Shown: positions 28,099-36,748 of the stretch, in pieces
How positions within the stretch are numbered: position 1 is the first letter of the stretch
Layout of the letters: each line of letters begins with the position of its first letter
NCBI GenBank assembly: GCA_036490465.1
Contig: DASXDV010000186.1
Coordinates: forward strand, 17,225-81,224
Reading direction: 5' to 3'
Origin: Candidatus Tumulicola sp.
GTDB lineage: Bacteria; Vulcanimicrobiota; Vulcanimicrobiia; Vulcanimicrobiales; Vulcanimicrobiaceae
Length of the DNA: 64,000 nt
Translations under genes and position numbers: made by a program
The notes under the pieces: model-generated
The model's database searches: none
What the model saw: only the letters and a program-made list of their open reading frames with translations
What the model was told of the DNA's origin: nothing

Positions 28099-28224
28099 TG
28101 TGTTGGAGAGTTCCCTCGAAGACCGCGCATATACTGGCGGGCGCCCGGCTAGCGCCGCTTCCTTGCCCTTACGGTAGCGGTCGAGCCTTCGAGCCGCCTG
28201 GGGAAGCCTACTACAGCCGGGCCG

Positions 28225-28254
28225 TTGCTGGCGGCCCGAAACGTGTGATAGGAT
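28225..28254 (+). promoter_or_regulatory. candidate sigma-70 promoter of rpsF-ssb
   Basis: TTGCTG (28225-28230), an 18-nt spacer, then TGaTAGGAT (extended -10, 28246-28254), about 100 nt upstream of rpsF. The 10-mer TGATAGGATG recurs upstream of rpsR (44461-44470). A single shared 10-mer can occur by chance in 64 kb. Confidence 0.3.
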
Positions 28255-28354
28255 GCGGGAGGTTCGCGGGCCCGTCCGGGCACCCGAACCGGCCCGCTGC
28301 CCGCCGCGAGAGGTGGGCCGCTCGCTTCGGCGGGCGTCCGCAGATGGGAAAACG

Positions 28355-28705
28355 ATGACCGATTACGAGGTAACCTATATTCTGCGCCCCGCCCTCGAGG
28401 AAAACGAGGTGGAAGAGCGCGCAACCGCGATCGCCGAGATTGTGAAGAATCAGAAAGGCGAGGTCGTCGCCGTCGAGAAGCTCGGCAAGAAGCGCCTGGC
28501 GTATGAAATCGACGACGTGCGCGAGGGCAACTACGTCGTGATGCAATTCAAGAGCGACGGTGCCGGTTCGAAGGAGCTGGAGCGCCTGCTGAAGCTGCAC
28601 GAGGACGTGCTCCGCGCGCTGGTCGTGCGGCTCGACGACAAGATGATCGCCCACATGGCCGCCGTGGCGGCAGCGACCCCGCCGCCTCCGGTGCCGATCC
28701 CTTAA
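28355..28705 (+). CDS. rpsF: 30S ribosomal protein S6
   Basis: MTDYEVTYILRPALEE...KLGKKRLAYEIDDVREGNYVVMQFK is canonical S6. It has a short Ala/Pro-rich C-terminal tail. Confidence 0.95.
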   Translation: MTDYEVTYILRPALEENEVEERATAIAEIVKNQKGEVVAVEKLGKKRLAYEIDDVREGNYVVMQFKSDGAGSKELERLLKLHEDVLRALVVRLDDKMIAHMAAVAAATPPPPVPIP

Positions 28706-28729
28706 GACAGCAGCGAAAGAGAGTAAGCG

Positions 28730-29173
28730 ATGGCAGGTTCGTACAATCGCGTGATTCTGGTCGGCAACCTCACGCGCGATCCGGAGATCCGGTACACCCA
28801 ATCCGGCAAGGGCGTTACGAAGTTCACCCTGGCGGTCAACAACCCGCGCAACAAGGAAGAGACGACGTTCGTCGATATCGTCGCCTGGGACCGGCTCGGC
28901 GAAACGTGCAACACGTACCTAAAAAAGGGCACGAACACCTTGGTCGAGGGCCGGCTGGTGATTCGCTCCTACGACGATAAGGACGGCAACAAGCGCAAAG
29001 CCACCGAAGTCGTGATCGACAACATGCAGATGCTCGGCTCCCGCCGCGACTCCGAAGGCGGCGGCGACTATGGCGGCGGTTACAACGGCGGCGGCCGCGA
29101 CGCGGCGGCTCCGGCCGCAGCGGGCGGTGGCGATGGATTCGGTGACGACGCCGACGACGAGATCCCGTTTTGA
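28730..29173 (+). CDS. ssb: single-stranded DNA-binding protein
   Basis: The OB fold is NRVILVGNLTRDPEIRYTQSGKGVTKFTLAVN. It is followed by a Gly-rich linker and an acidic tip DDADDEIPF. Confidence 0.95.
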   Translation: MAGSYNRVILVGNLTRDPEIRYTQSGKGVTKFTLAVNNPRNKEETTFVDIVAWDRLGETCNTYLKKGTNTLVEGRLVIRSYDDKDGNKRKATEVVIDNMQMLGSRRDSEGGGDYGGGYNGGGRDAAAPAAAGGGDGFGDDADDEIPF

Positions 29174-29232
29174 CGTTTTGACGGTTCACCGCGTGAAGCC
29201 GTAGCAGCTACGTTTGATGGCATTCGAGTGGC

Positions 29233-30513
29233 CTAAGGTGGGGTAATGGAAAAGATCGTTCCGCACCCTCCCGAATGGCAGCCTTTGCCGCCGCCGCCGT
29301 AACCGGTCGTGCCGTAGACAATCCCGTTTGATAAGACAAGGCCGGCCTCCGGCGTCGAGCCGTCCTTGCGGCCGCCCAAAAAGTTATGCAAAATAGTGTA
29401 TCCCGAACCGTCGAGCTTCAACGAAAAAACCGTGCCAGTGTACGTTCCACCGCTGTACGTTACGCCGTATAACGTACCGTTTCTGTGCGCAAGATTGCCG
29501 ACGGGAAATATACCGTCGCCTCCACTCTGGAACTTGTGCAAGAGGACCTCTTGTCCCGTAGATGGGTTTAGGGAAAACACGGTTCCGCAGCCATTAACAT
29601 CGAAATCTTCGCAACCGCCCTCCCCTCCGGACGCAGTAACTCCATAGAGGAGACCGTTTACCGATATCAGTCCGCCCATCGGAACGGCTCCATCGTTCGC
29701 GCCCCCTCGGAACCGGTATAGTACTGTTTCCTGCGGTCCCGACGGTCCCAATGCGATCGAAAAGACCGTTCCACAGCCCGTGTTGCGAGAGCAATTTCCG
29801 CCTGGGTTGGAACCGCCTGATTCGGTTGTGCCGTACAGCACGTTACCGATCGCAAGGAGGTCGCCTTTCGAGATTGCGCCGTCCGGTCTTCCCTTAAAGC
29901 GATATAGTACGGATTCGTGGCCGCTACTATCGATAGAAAACACCGATCCATGCCCGTCGTAACCCCCGCTCGTCGTTCCATAGAGCATCCGTCCGACGAC
30001 CGCCATTCCACCTATCGGAGTACGGCCATCACGGGTTCTCTTAAAATAATGCAACACCGTTTCGCTGCCCGAGCTCAGTTCGACACTGTAAACGATTCCA
30101 TATCCAGGTCTAGCGGTAGTTCCGTAGATGGCGTTTCCGAGGGCTGTGACGCCCGAGTACGGCGTCCATCCGTCGGGACTATTTGCAAAAGAATGAAGCA
30201 CCGTCTCCTTGACCGACGGCTTGAGCGACAGAGAAAAAACCGTTCCGCAGCCGAGCGAACCGCATTGTGATCCGCCGTCTAGAGTCGTCCCATACAGTAA
30301 ACCCTTCAGCGCAAACAGCGAACCGTACGGGTAAGCCCCGGCTGTATGATTGGGGAAAGCATAAACTAGCTTGAACGTCGCTTGATCGGGTCGTGCATCA
30401 GACTGAGAGACGGCAGTAACGGTCCCGGGGCTCATGTTTGGACCAGGACCGGCACAGGCGATCAATAGCGAACCACAAATTACGATCGTCATGACGCTTG
30501 AGTGCATCTTCAA
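29233..30513 (-). CDS. lipoprotein made of seven 'GloVer'-type tandem repeats (G.LYGTT..GG...GTVF)
   Basis: MKMHSSVMTIVICGSLLIACAG carries a signal peptide and lipobox. Seven ~48-aa repeats follow, each with (L/I/V)YG(T/V)T...GG...G(T/S)(V/I)F(S) and ...VLH.F...DG..P. The DNA is visibly less GC-rich than its flanks. Confidence 0.8.
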   Translation of the reverse strand: MKMHSSVMTIVICGSLLIACAGPGPNMSPGTVTAVSQSDARPDQATFKLVYAFPNHTAGAYPYGSLFALKGLLYGTTLDGGSQCGSLGCGTVFSLSLKPSVKETVLHSFANSPDGWTPYSGVTALGNAIYGTTARPGYGIVYSVELSSGSETVLHYFKRTRDGRTPIGGMAVVGRMLYGTTSGGYDGHGSVFSIDSSGHESVLYRFKGRPDGAISKGDLLAIGNVLYGTTESGGSNPGGNCSRNTGCGTVFSIALGPSGPQETVLYRFRGGANDGAVPMGGLISVNGLLYGVTASGGEGGCEDFDVNGCGTVFSLNPSTGQEVLLHKFQSGGDGIFPVGNLAHRNGTLYGVTYSGGTYTGTVFSLKLDGSGYTILHNFLGGRKDGSTPEAGLVLSNGIVYGTTGYGGGGKGCHSGGCGTIFSITPP

Positions 30514-30875
30514 ACTCCAGGTCGAACAGTTGTCTGACGGTTACCGTCGTCCCCAAGGCCGACCAATAACTTACGAAGTACTTCCGAAAGTTGTCGTTGT
30601 TCTGACTGCTCGATCACGGCGCCTGGCCGTTCTCGACGTGTTTGATTGTTGCGGCATCGATGAGCGTCTTACCTTGGTGGTTGGATGCGCTTGATTGCCG
30701 CAACGACCGCTTTGAGGCTCCTTTCTGCCGCCGGTTTGGCGCAGAATGCGGGGCCACGGGTGTCTTGCAGTTTTGCCGCGAACTGAAGTCTTCTGGGTAT
30801 CGTTTAAGGCAATGTTTGTGAAAATTAAAAAGTCGACGGTGCCTTGGAACCAATCTCGGGAATCAGGAGTACGAC

Positions 30876-31535
30876 ATGCGAAAAATCATTGGCGCCGCAT
30901 TTATCTCCCTGGACGGCGTGATGCAGGCACCCGGCGGACCGACCGAGGATCCGACCGGCGGGTTTAAGTACGGCGGATGGCTGCCGCCTTATGCGGACGA
31001 AGCCAGCGAGAAGGCGATCGACGACCTGTTCGATCGTTCGTTCGACCTGCTGTTGGGGCGGCGGACGTACGACATCTTTGCTGCGTACTGGCCGTATGCC
31101 AAAGGCAGCGAGATCGGCGAGACGTTTACCATGGTGCGCAAGTACGTCGTTACGCACGGCGAAAAGCCGCTGAATTGGCAAAACAGCGAGCCGGTTTCGA
31201 GTATCGAAGCCGTGGCTCGGCTTAGAAATAGCGATGGCCCCGAACTGCTCATCCAAGGCAGCAGTACGCTCTATCCGCAGTTGCTGGCTGCCGGGTTAAT
31301 CGATCGATTGATTCTGATGACGTTCCCGATTGTGCTTGGAGACGGGAAGCGGCTGTTCGGCGGAGGCACGCCAAGCCATGCGATGCGCATGACCGACCAC
31401 GTGGTGTCGCCTCGCGGCACGATCGTTGCGCGCTACGAGCCCGCCGGCGCGCTTGAGACCGGAAGTTTCATAAACCAAGAGCCAAGCGAACTAGAAGTCG
31501 CACGCCGGAAATCGATGGCAGAGGGAACGTGGTGA
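30876..31535 (+). CDS. dihydrofolate reductase family protein (RibD C-terminal domain type)
   Basis: MRKIIGAAFISLDGVMQAPGGP...LLLGRRTYDIFAAYWP...LLIQGSSTLYPQLLAAGLIDRLILMTFPIVLGDGKRLF matches the YwjB/RibD_C-like family. Confidence 0.85.
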   Translation: MRKIIGAAFISLDGVMQAPGGPTEDPTGGFKYGGWLPPYADEASEKAIDDLFDRSFDLLLGRRTYDIFAAYWPYAKGSEIGETFTMVRKYVVTHGEKPLNWQNSEPVSSIEAVARLRNSDGPELLIQGSSTLYPQLLAAGLIDRLILMTFPIVLGDGKRLFGGGTPSHAMRMTDHVVSPRGTIVARYEPAGALETGSFINQEPSELEVARRKSMAEGTW

Positions 31536-31574
31536 CGGCCGCTCGACATACGCAGCCGATCGGAAACGGCTTGG

Positions 31575-32093
31575 ATGAACCTCGTTTGTGACCGTGAGGT
31601 AACGTTGAGACCGCCCAGGGCAACCGACGCGGAAGCAATCGCGCGGCATGCAAACGATCGCGACGTCTGGATCAACTTGCGCGACGGAATGCCTCACCCC
31701 TACACGTTGCAGGATGCGGTCACTTGGCTTGAGAGCGTTCGGGACCAAAACCCGATGGTTAGTTTCGTCATCGTTTCCAACGGGCAGCCCATTGGCGGAA
31801 TCGGGTTGGTCCTCGGGAGCGATATCGAGCGGTGCTCGGCCGAAGTCGGCTACTGGTTGGGAAGAGAACACTGGGGCAACGGAATCGCTACCGCCGCCCT
31901 TCGGCGAATCTGCCGGTATGCGTTCGAGGAACTAGCGTTGCTGCGCGTTTTCGCCACGCCGATCGCGTGGAATCCGGCCTCGTTCAGAGTCCTCGAGAAG
32001 GCCGGTTTCGAACGCGAAGCAACGATGCGCAACGCCTGCATCAAGGATGGCCGAGTCGCGGACATGGCGCTCTACGCCAAAATATCGGAGTGA
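31575..32093 (+). CDS. GNAT N-acetyltransferase (RimJ/RimL-like)
   Basis: VTLRPPRATDAEAIARHANDRDVW...GYWLGREHWGNGIATAALRRICRYAFEELALLRVFA...NPASFRVLEKAGFEREA is a typical Acetyltransf_3-type GNAT. Confidence 0.85.
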   Translation: MNLVCDREVTLRPPRATDAEAIARHANDRDVWINLRDGMPHPYTLQDAVTWLESVRDQNPMVSFVIVSNGQPIGGIGLVLGSDIERCSAEVGYWLGREHWGNGIATAALRRICRYAFEELALLRVFATPIAWNPASFRVLEKAGFEREATMRNACIKDGRVADMALYAKISE

Positions 32094-32557
32094 GTGGGAA
32101 CGACGTCTGCGTCCGTGAAGCGACGATCGAAGACCTTGAAGCGGTCGTTCGTCTTCACCATCACGTCCTCGAAACGTCGCTGCCGTACTTACCTATCCTC
32201 CACACGATCGAGGAGGGACTCGTATTCTTCGCAGGAGTGTTTAGCAGGTGCACGGTTCTCGTCGCCCGGGAGGGGGGCACGATCGTCGGCTATTGCGCGT
32301 ACCGCGACGGCTGACTCGAGCACCTGTACGTCCATCCGGACCAGCAACGTCGTCGCATCGGCACGACCCTATTGGAAAACGCCATGAAAGGCCAGGACGT
32401 TCTGCAGTTATGGGCTTTTCAGAGGAACCTCCGAGCCATCAAGTTTTATGAACGACATGGTTTCCGACTCGTCCGCGAGACCGACGGCTCGGGAAACGAG
32501 GAGCGAGAGCCGGATGCGCTCTATGCTTGGAATAGGGGCGGTGACTCGGCGCCCTAA
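32090..32557 (+). pseudogene. second GNAT acetyltransferase interrupted by an in-frame TGA
   Basis: GTG 32090 overlaps the previous stop (GTGA). VREATIEDLEAVVRLHH...VLVAREGGTIVGYCAYRDG is followed by TGA (32312-32314). The same frame then continues LEHLYVHPDQQRRRIGTTLLENAM...LQLWAFQRNLRAIKFYERHGFRLV, which is GNAT motif A/B. The stop sits where Trp (TGG) would fit. Confidence 0.7.
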
Positions 32558-33831
32558 CGGACCCCCGTGTAGTCGTAGGGATAGTACGATTCCCAAAACC
32601 ACGGCGTATACGTGTCGCCAATGAGGTCGGCGAGCAGGTACTTGAAGATACTTTCGCCGTTCGAACTATTCGTCAGGATGACGAGCGCAGTTCCGGCGTC
32701 CGGGAACGCGACTGTATAGTTTTCGGTCCCATCGTCGTGGCCTTCCTTAAAGTATGCGCGCCCGTACGGAGACGTAAAGAGTCCCCAGCCCAAACCGTAC
32801 GAAAGCTCTATCGCCCGGTTCGCACTCGTGGTTTGCGACGATGGAGTCGGGAATTGATGAACCGAATCTATGGCAATTTGGGGCTGCAACATCTCCTGCC
32901 ACGAAGCCGCGCTCAAGCCGTCGTGACGAAGAGTGGCGGCGATGAACGACGTGTAATCGGTAATGGTCGTGTCCATGGAACCGGCGGCTCGGGCGTCCGT
33001 CCGGTGGTGATGTCCCAACGGTACTCCTTTTTCGTCGTAACCCAGCGCCGTGTTCGACGCAAACTGCGGCTGCCACGCCAGGCTCGATCGCCGCATGTCG
33101 AAAGGGATAAAGATACGCTCGCGCATGAGCCTATCGACGTTGAGGCCCAGACCCTTTTCGAGGACGAACTGAAGCAAATTGATCCCTTCTCCAGAGTAGC
33201 TGTAGCGCGTTCCGGGCGAAAACTTTATGTCGAGCTTTCCGTCTGCACTGATAAACCGCCAGTTCGGCAGGCCGCTGGTGTGCGCGAGCAACATTCGCGC
33301 GGTTAAGAGTTCGTAGCGGGCATCGCTTTTTAGATCGGCATACTTTGAGTACGACGGCAGGGGCTTGCTGAGATATTCGTAAACCGGCCGGTCAAGGTCG
33401 AGGTAATGTTCGTCCACGAGTTGCATGACCATGTAAGCAGCCGCGGCTTTCGTGAGCGAGGCGGCGTACATGATCGTATCGGTTTCCAGCGGCGCGCAAG
33501 CGGCCACGTCGCGCAGACCGTAGGCGCGGACGTATACCAGGCGCCCGTCGTTGATAATCCCGATCGCCAGGCCCGGCACGCGACCGGCCTGCATCAGCGA
33601 CTCTGCCCGGCGGTCGACGTCCGCGGTCGATATTGTGCGGCCATCAATCCGCTGGATTTCTACCGTAGCGGCCAAACCGGGCCTCCATGTCAACGCGCAT
33701 GCCAGCACTAGCACGATCGCGGCGAGCGCCTTCGACATATTGCGATGTATTTCGGAGAAACGCGGATCGCGCCTCCGATCCGGATCCGTCGACGCCACGA
33801 TCGCTCTATGCCGACTCCGCGAGGATCTCAC
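32554..33831 (-). CDS. serine hydrolase, beta-lactamase (class C / esterase) family, exported
   Basis: Signal-like AAIVLVLACALTW. The SxxK motif is in MYAASLTKAAAAY. YSYSGEG is a YxN-like region, and the C-terminal part is typical of the Beta-lactamase (PF00144-type) family. Confidence 0.85.
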   Translation of the reverse strand: MRSSRSRHRAIVASTDPDRRRDPRFSEIHRNMSKALAAIVLVLACALTWRPGLAATVEIQRIDGRTISTADVDRRAESLMQAGRVPGLAIGIINDGRLVYVRAYGLRDVAACAPLETDTIMYAASLTKAAAAYMVMQLVDEHYLDLDRPVYEYLSKPLPSYSKYADLKSDARYELLTARMLLAHTSGLPNWRFISADGKLDIKFSPGTRYSYSGEGINLLQFVLEKGLGLNVDRLMRERIFIPFDMRRSSLAWQPQFASNTALGYDEKGVPLGHHHRTDARAAGSMDTTITDYTSFIAATLRHDGLSAASWQEMLQPQIAIDSVHQFPTPSSQTTSANRAIELSYGLGWGLFTSPYGRAYFKEGHDDGTENYTVAFPDAGTALVILTNSSNGESIFKYLLADLIGDTYTPWFWESYYPYDYTGVR

Positions 33832-33832
33832 A

Positions 33833-35038
33833 TCATTCCAGGCGTTCGACTTGGCGTAGTGCGGGGAAGAGTTTCATCCAGATCAGCGCGATGAGGATGG
33901 AGGCCGCGCCGCCCAGTGCGGCGGCCGGCATCGCGCCGAGGAGGGCGGCGGTCACGCCGCTTTCGAACGCGCCGAGTTGATTCGAAGCGTTGATGAAAAG
34001 GAAGTTGACCGCGCTGACCCGGCCGCGCATCGCATCGGGCGTGGCGAGCTGAACGAAGGACGCGCGGATCACGACGCTGATCGTGTCGGCGGCGCCCATG
34101 ACGGCCAGGGCGATCAGCGATACGGCGATCGAACGCGACACGGCGAAGAGCACGGTAAACGCGCCGAACGCGATCACGGCCGCAAACATGCGCGCGCCGA
34201 CCCGGCGGCGCAAGGGACGACGGGCGAGCACGAGGGTCACCACGAGCGCCCCGACTGCCGGTGCCGCGCGTAACGCGCCCAAACCCCACGGCCCCGTGTG
34301 GAGGATATCGCGGGCGTAGATTGGCAAAAGCGCCGTCGCTCCGCCGAATAGCACGGCGAACAAGTCGAGCGAAATCGCGCCCAGAATCGCCGGATTGCGA
34401 TAGACGAATGCGACGCCCTCGAAGAGCGTCGAGAGGGTCGGCGCCTTTCGCAGCGCTGGCGAGCGCGCGACCGCGATCGCGCCGTTTAGCGTTCCCGACA
34501 GCAGCCAGAACGCGGCCATGATGGCATACGGCACGCCCGGCGAGACGGCATAGGCCAACCCGCCGAGGGCCGGACCGCCGATGGTGGCCACTTGGAAGAC
34601 GCCGCTGGAAAGCGCCATTCCTCGTTGCAGTGTTGCGACCGGCGTGACGCCGGGCAGAAGCGCGGCCGCGGCGGGACTCTCGAAGGCACCGGCGATCCCC
34701 AGAACCGTCACGGCCGCAAAGATTTCGGGGACGGTCAGCCAGCGGCCGAAGCTGCCCCAGGCGAGAAACGCCGCCGCCAGCCCTTCGACGCACTGACAGA
34801 ACTGTACGACGCGCTGACGGTCGTACCGATCGGCGACGTGTCCGGCCGCAAATACCAGGAGGGCCGACGGCACAAACTGAGCTAGCCCCACCATACCGAG
34901 TGCGAGTGCGCTGCCGGTGAGGGCATAGATTTGCCAGCCGAGCACGACCGAACCCATTTGCTCGGAGAACTCGGAGAAGCCGCGCGCCCAAAAATATAAC
35001 CGGAACGGCCGATGCGCGAACAGGCTCGGTTCGCGCAT
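33833..35038 (-). CDS. MFS transporter (EntS/MFS_3-like)
   Basis: 401 aa with 12 predicted helices. FRLYFWARGFSEFSEQMGSVVLGWQIY and GHVADRYDRQRV resemble enterobactin-exporter-like MFS_3 proteins. Confidence 0.85.
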   Translation of the reverse strand: MREPSLFAHRPFRLYFWARGFSEFSEQMGSVVLGWQIYALTGSALALGMVGLAQFVPSALLVFAAGHVADRYDRQRVVQFCQCVEGLAAAFLAWGSFGRWLTVPEIFAAVTVLGIAGAFESPAAAALLPGVTPVATLQRGMALSSGVFQVATIGGPALGGLAYAVSPGVPYAIMAAFWLLSGTLNGAIAVARSPALRKAPTLSTLFEGVAFVYRNPAILGAISLDLFAVLFGGATALLPIYARDILHTGPWGLGALRAAPAVGALVVTLVLARRPLRRRVGARMFAAVIAFGAFTVLFAVSRSIAVSLIALAVMGAADTISVVIRASFVQLATPDAMRGRVSAVNFLFINASNQLGAFESGVTAALLGAMPAAALGGAASILIALIWMKLFPALRQVERLE

Positions 35039-35058
35039 CGGCGTTCTTTTGTCCGGTC

Positions 35059-36069
35059 CTAGAACACGGCGTTGGGTGAGTCGCTGACTCCTTCGGCTCC
35101 GTCGAGACCGTTGGCCGTGCCGAGCGTGGTGACGAGCGCGCCCGACGGATAATCGTAAACCGTTACGGTGCCGTTTCCGTTGTTGGCGTTGAACAGGAGC
35201 TTTTCGCTCTTGTTCAACGCGACGTGGAACGGATCGCTTAGCCCCGTCACCAGCGGCGTGGCCGAAGAGTATGGCGGGGCGATCAGGTCGATCGAGCCGT
35301 TCTGATCGTCTGCGATCAAGTTGGCATTCTTATCGAGTACCAGACCGCCGGGCGACGTGACGGTCGCGCCGAGGGGCGTGGGCGACGATTGTCCCTTTTT
35401 AAACTCCTCGAAACCGCCGTTGAACGCCGCATTGAAGAACGAGACGAACAAATTGCCGTGGGCATCGACCGCAATGCCTTCGGGGCCCATGTTGACGCTC
35501 AACTGCTTGCCGATCTTGTTCTTGCACTGGGCAAACTTATCGATATAGCCGGGCGATTCTAGGTCGTTAAAATCGACGACATAAACGTTGCCTAAGAGAT
35601 CGGTCGTGACGTTGATCGGATCGACGATCCCGGCCGAATACGTGCATTTCGGCGACGTTTGATGCGGGGCGTACTCTACGACGTCTTTGTTGACGACGTC
35701 GGCTACGTAGAGGTTTCCAGATTTGTCGACCCAGACGCCGTCGCTGTCGCCGAAGCCGGTGAGGCTTCCGACGTTTTGATACGTTTTGTTCTTGAGGATC
35801 TGGACGGTCGGACCGGCGTCTGAGACGAACAGATCCATCTCGACTTTGTGTTTCTTTTCGGGTCGCGCGGGCAAACTCGCGTGGAACGGGGAGCCAAATC
35901 GAGTATCGACGCCCGAGGGAAGAATCGCGCCGCGCAGCGCTTGCGCTTGCTGGGAACTCCCCGGGACGGCTCCTCCCGGTCCCTGCGTCGATGCGGAGGA
36001 ACATGCAGCTAGGGCAAAAACGATGGCGGCGCCCAGAATCGTGCGGGCGACGGACGAGCGAGCGTTCAT
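35059..36069 (-). CDS. beta-propeller (NHL-like repeat) lipoprotein
   Basis: ILGAAIVFALAACSS is the lipobox region. Recurrent repeats are GNLYVADVVNKDVVEYAP, GNVYVVDFND, GNLFVSFFN and ANLIADDQNGSIDLI. It is a paralogue of the disrupted gene at 15047-16103. Confidence 0.75.
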   Translation of the reverse strand: MNARSSVARTILGAAIVFALAACSSASTQGPGGAVPGSSQQAQALRGAILPSGVDTRFGSPFHASLPARPEKKHKVEMDLFVSDAGPTVQILKNKTYQNVGSLTGFGDSDGVWVDKSGNLYVADVVNKDVVEYAPHQTSPKCTYSAGIVDPINVTTDLLGNVYVVDFNDLESPGYIDKFAQCKNKIGKQLSVNMGPEGIAVDAHGNLFVSFFNAAFNGGFEEFKKGQSSPTPLGATVTSPGGLVLDKNANLIADDQNGSIDLIAPPYSSATPLVTGLSDPFHVALNKSEKLLFNANNGNGTVTVYDYPSGALVTTLGTANGLDGAEGVSDSPNAVF

Positions 36070-36088
36070 ACAAATCTCCTCTGAGTGT

Positions 36089-36748
36089 TTAGCACTTTCG
36101 GGTGTAGTCGTTGCCTCCGCCCCGCAGATGCTTGCCGTCGGGCGTGAGCGTCATGGCGTGCGTTCCGTAATACGTTAGGGTTGCCGCGGTTCCGTAGAGG
36201 ATCCAGTTTCCCGAAACGCCGTCGCTGTCGGTCAGATCGCCGTCGATCGTCATCGTCAGCGTGAGGCCGGAATTCTTATCCGAGGTCCAGGTTCCGACGA
36301 GGTTCGCGGTGGTGCAGCCCGTCGGAGGCGGCGCTGGGGTTGCCAGCGGCTTTACCGCCTTGCCTGAGAAGTTGTGGGCGACGTCCAAGCAGAGATCGTC
36401 GGCCGAGTAAGGACTTTGCGGCGTTTGCACGACGCACGTGAACGTCACCGCGTAGCCTTTTGCGGCGGCCGCGCAACTGACGACGGCGGAGGTCGTCGTC
36501 GGACCGACGACGCCCAGTGGTCCTACGGCGAGGAACTCGCCGGGTATCGGCTCGGAAACGTTCATCAAATAGGCGCCTAGCGCCGTCTTTGCTTTGGCGC
36601 TGCAGTCGTCGGCCGTTCCGCTCGGGATGACGTAGCGAATGCCGATGGACATTTCGACGGCGGCGGATGCCGGGGAGCCGCAAGCGAGCGCTACGAGAGC
36701 GGCGGCCGCTGCGAACAACGCGCACCGGCGGCGCAATGCCGCGGTCAC
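36089..36748 (-). CDS. secreted Cys-containing protein, paralogue B (extra C-terminal domain)
   Basis: GTG 36748 overlaps the upstream stop (GTGA). VTAALRRRCALFAAAAALVALACGSPASA is the signal. The domain IRYVIPSGTADDCSAKAKTALGAYLMNV...VSCAAAAKGYAVTFTCVVQTPQSPYSADDLC is shared with 36745-37188. About 90 further residues (TGCTTANLVGTWTSDKNSG...) follow. The upstream part of ORF 36089..36970 is overlap in another frame. Confidence 0.5.
   Translation of the reverse strand: MTAALRRRCALFAAAAALVALACGSPASAAVEMSIGIRYVIPSGTADDCSAKAKTALGAYLMNVSEPIPGEFLAVGPLGVVGPTTTSAVVSCAAAAKGYAVTFTCVVQTPQSPYSADDLCLDVAHNFSGKAVKPLATPAPPPTGCTTANLVGTWTSDKNSGLTLTMTIDGDLTDSDGVSGNWILYGTAATLTYYGTHAMTLTPDGKHLRGGGNDYTRKC

Noticed and set aside
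29174-29232. Hairpin after ssb (GGTTCACCGCGTGAAGCC) as an intrinsic terminator
   Set aside because: The stem is imperfect (GGTTCAC versus GTGAAGC) and is not followed by a T-tract.
30514-30875. ORFs 30434..30694(+) and 30614..30853(-) in the divergent intergenic region
   Set aside because: They have no family resemblance, odd composition and no RBS. The region is better explained as a 360-bp promoter region between the GloVer lipoprotein gene and the RibD_C-type reductase gene. It may alternatively be eroded coding sequence, which I cannot verify.
32312-32314. TGA as a reassigned Trp codon or selenocysteine
   Set aside because: TGA terminates many intact, well-conserved genes in this window at the expected positions (fliM, fliR, flhB, lon, cfa, dacB). 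There is no obvious SECIS-like hairpin right after it, and GNATs are not selenoproteins. A nonsense mutation is the simpler reading.
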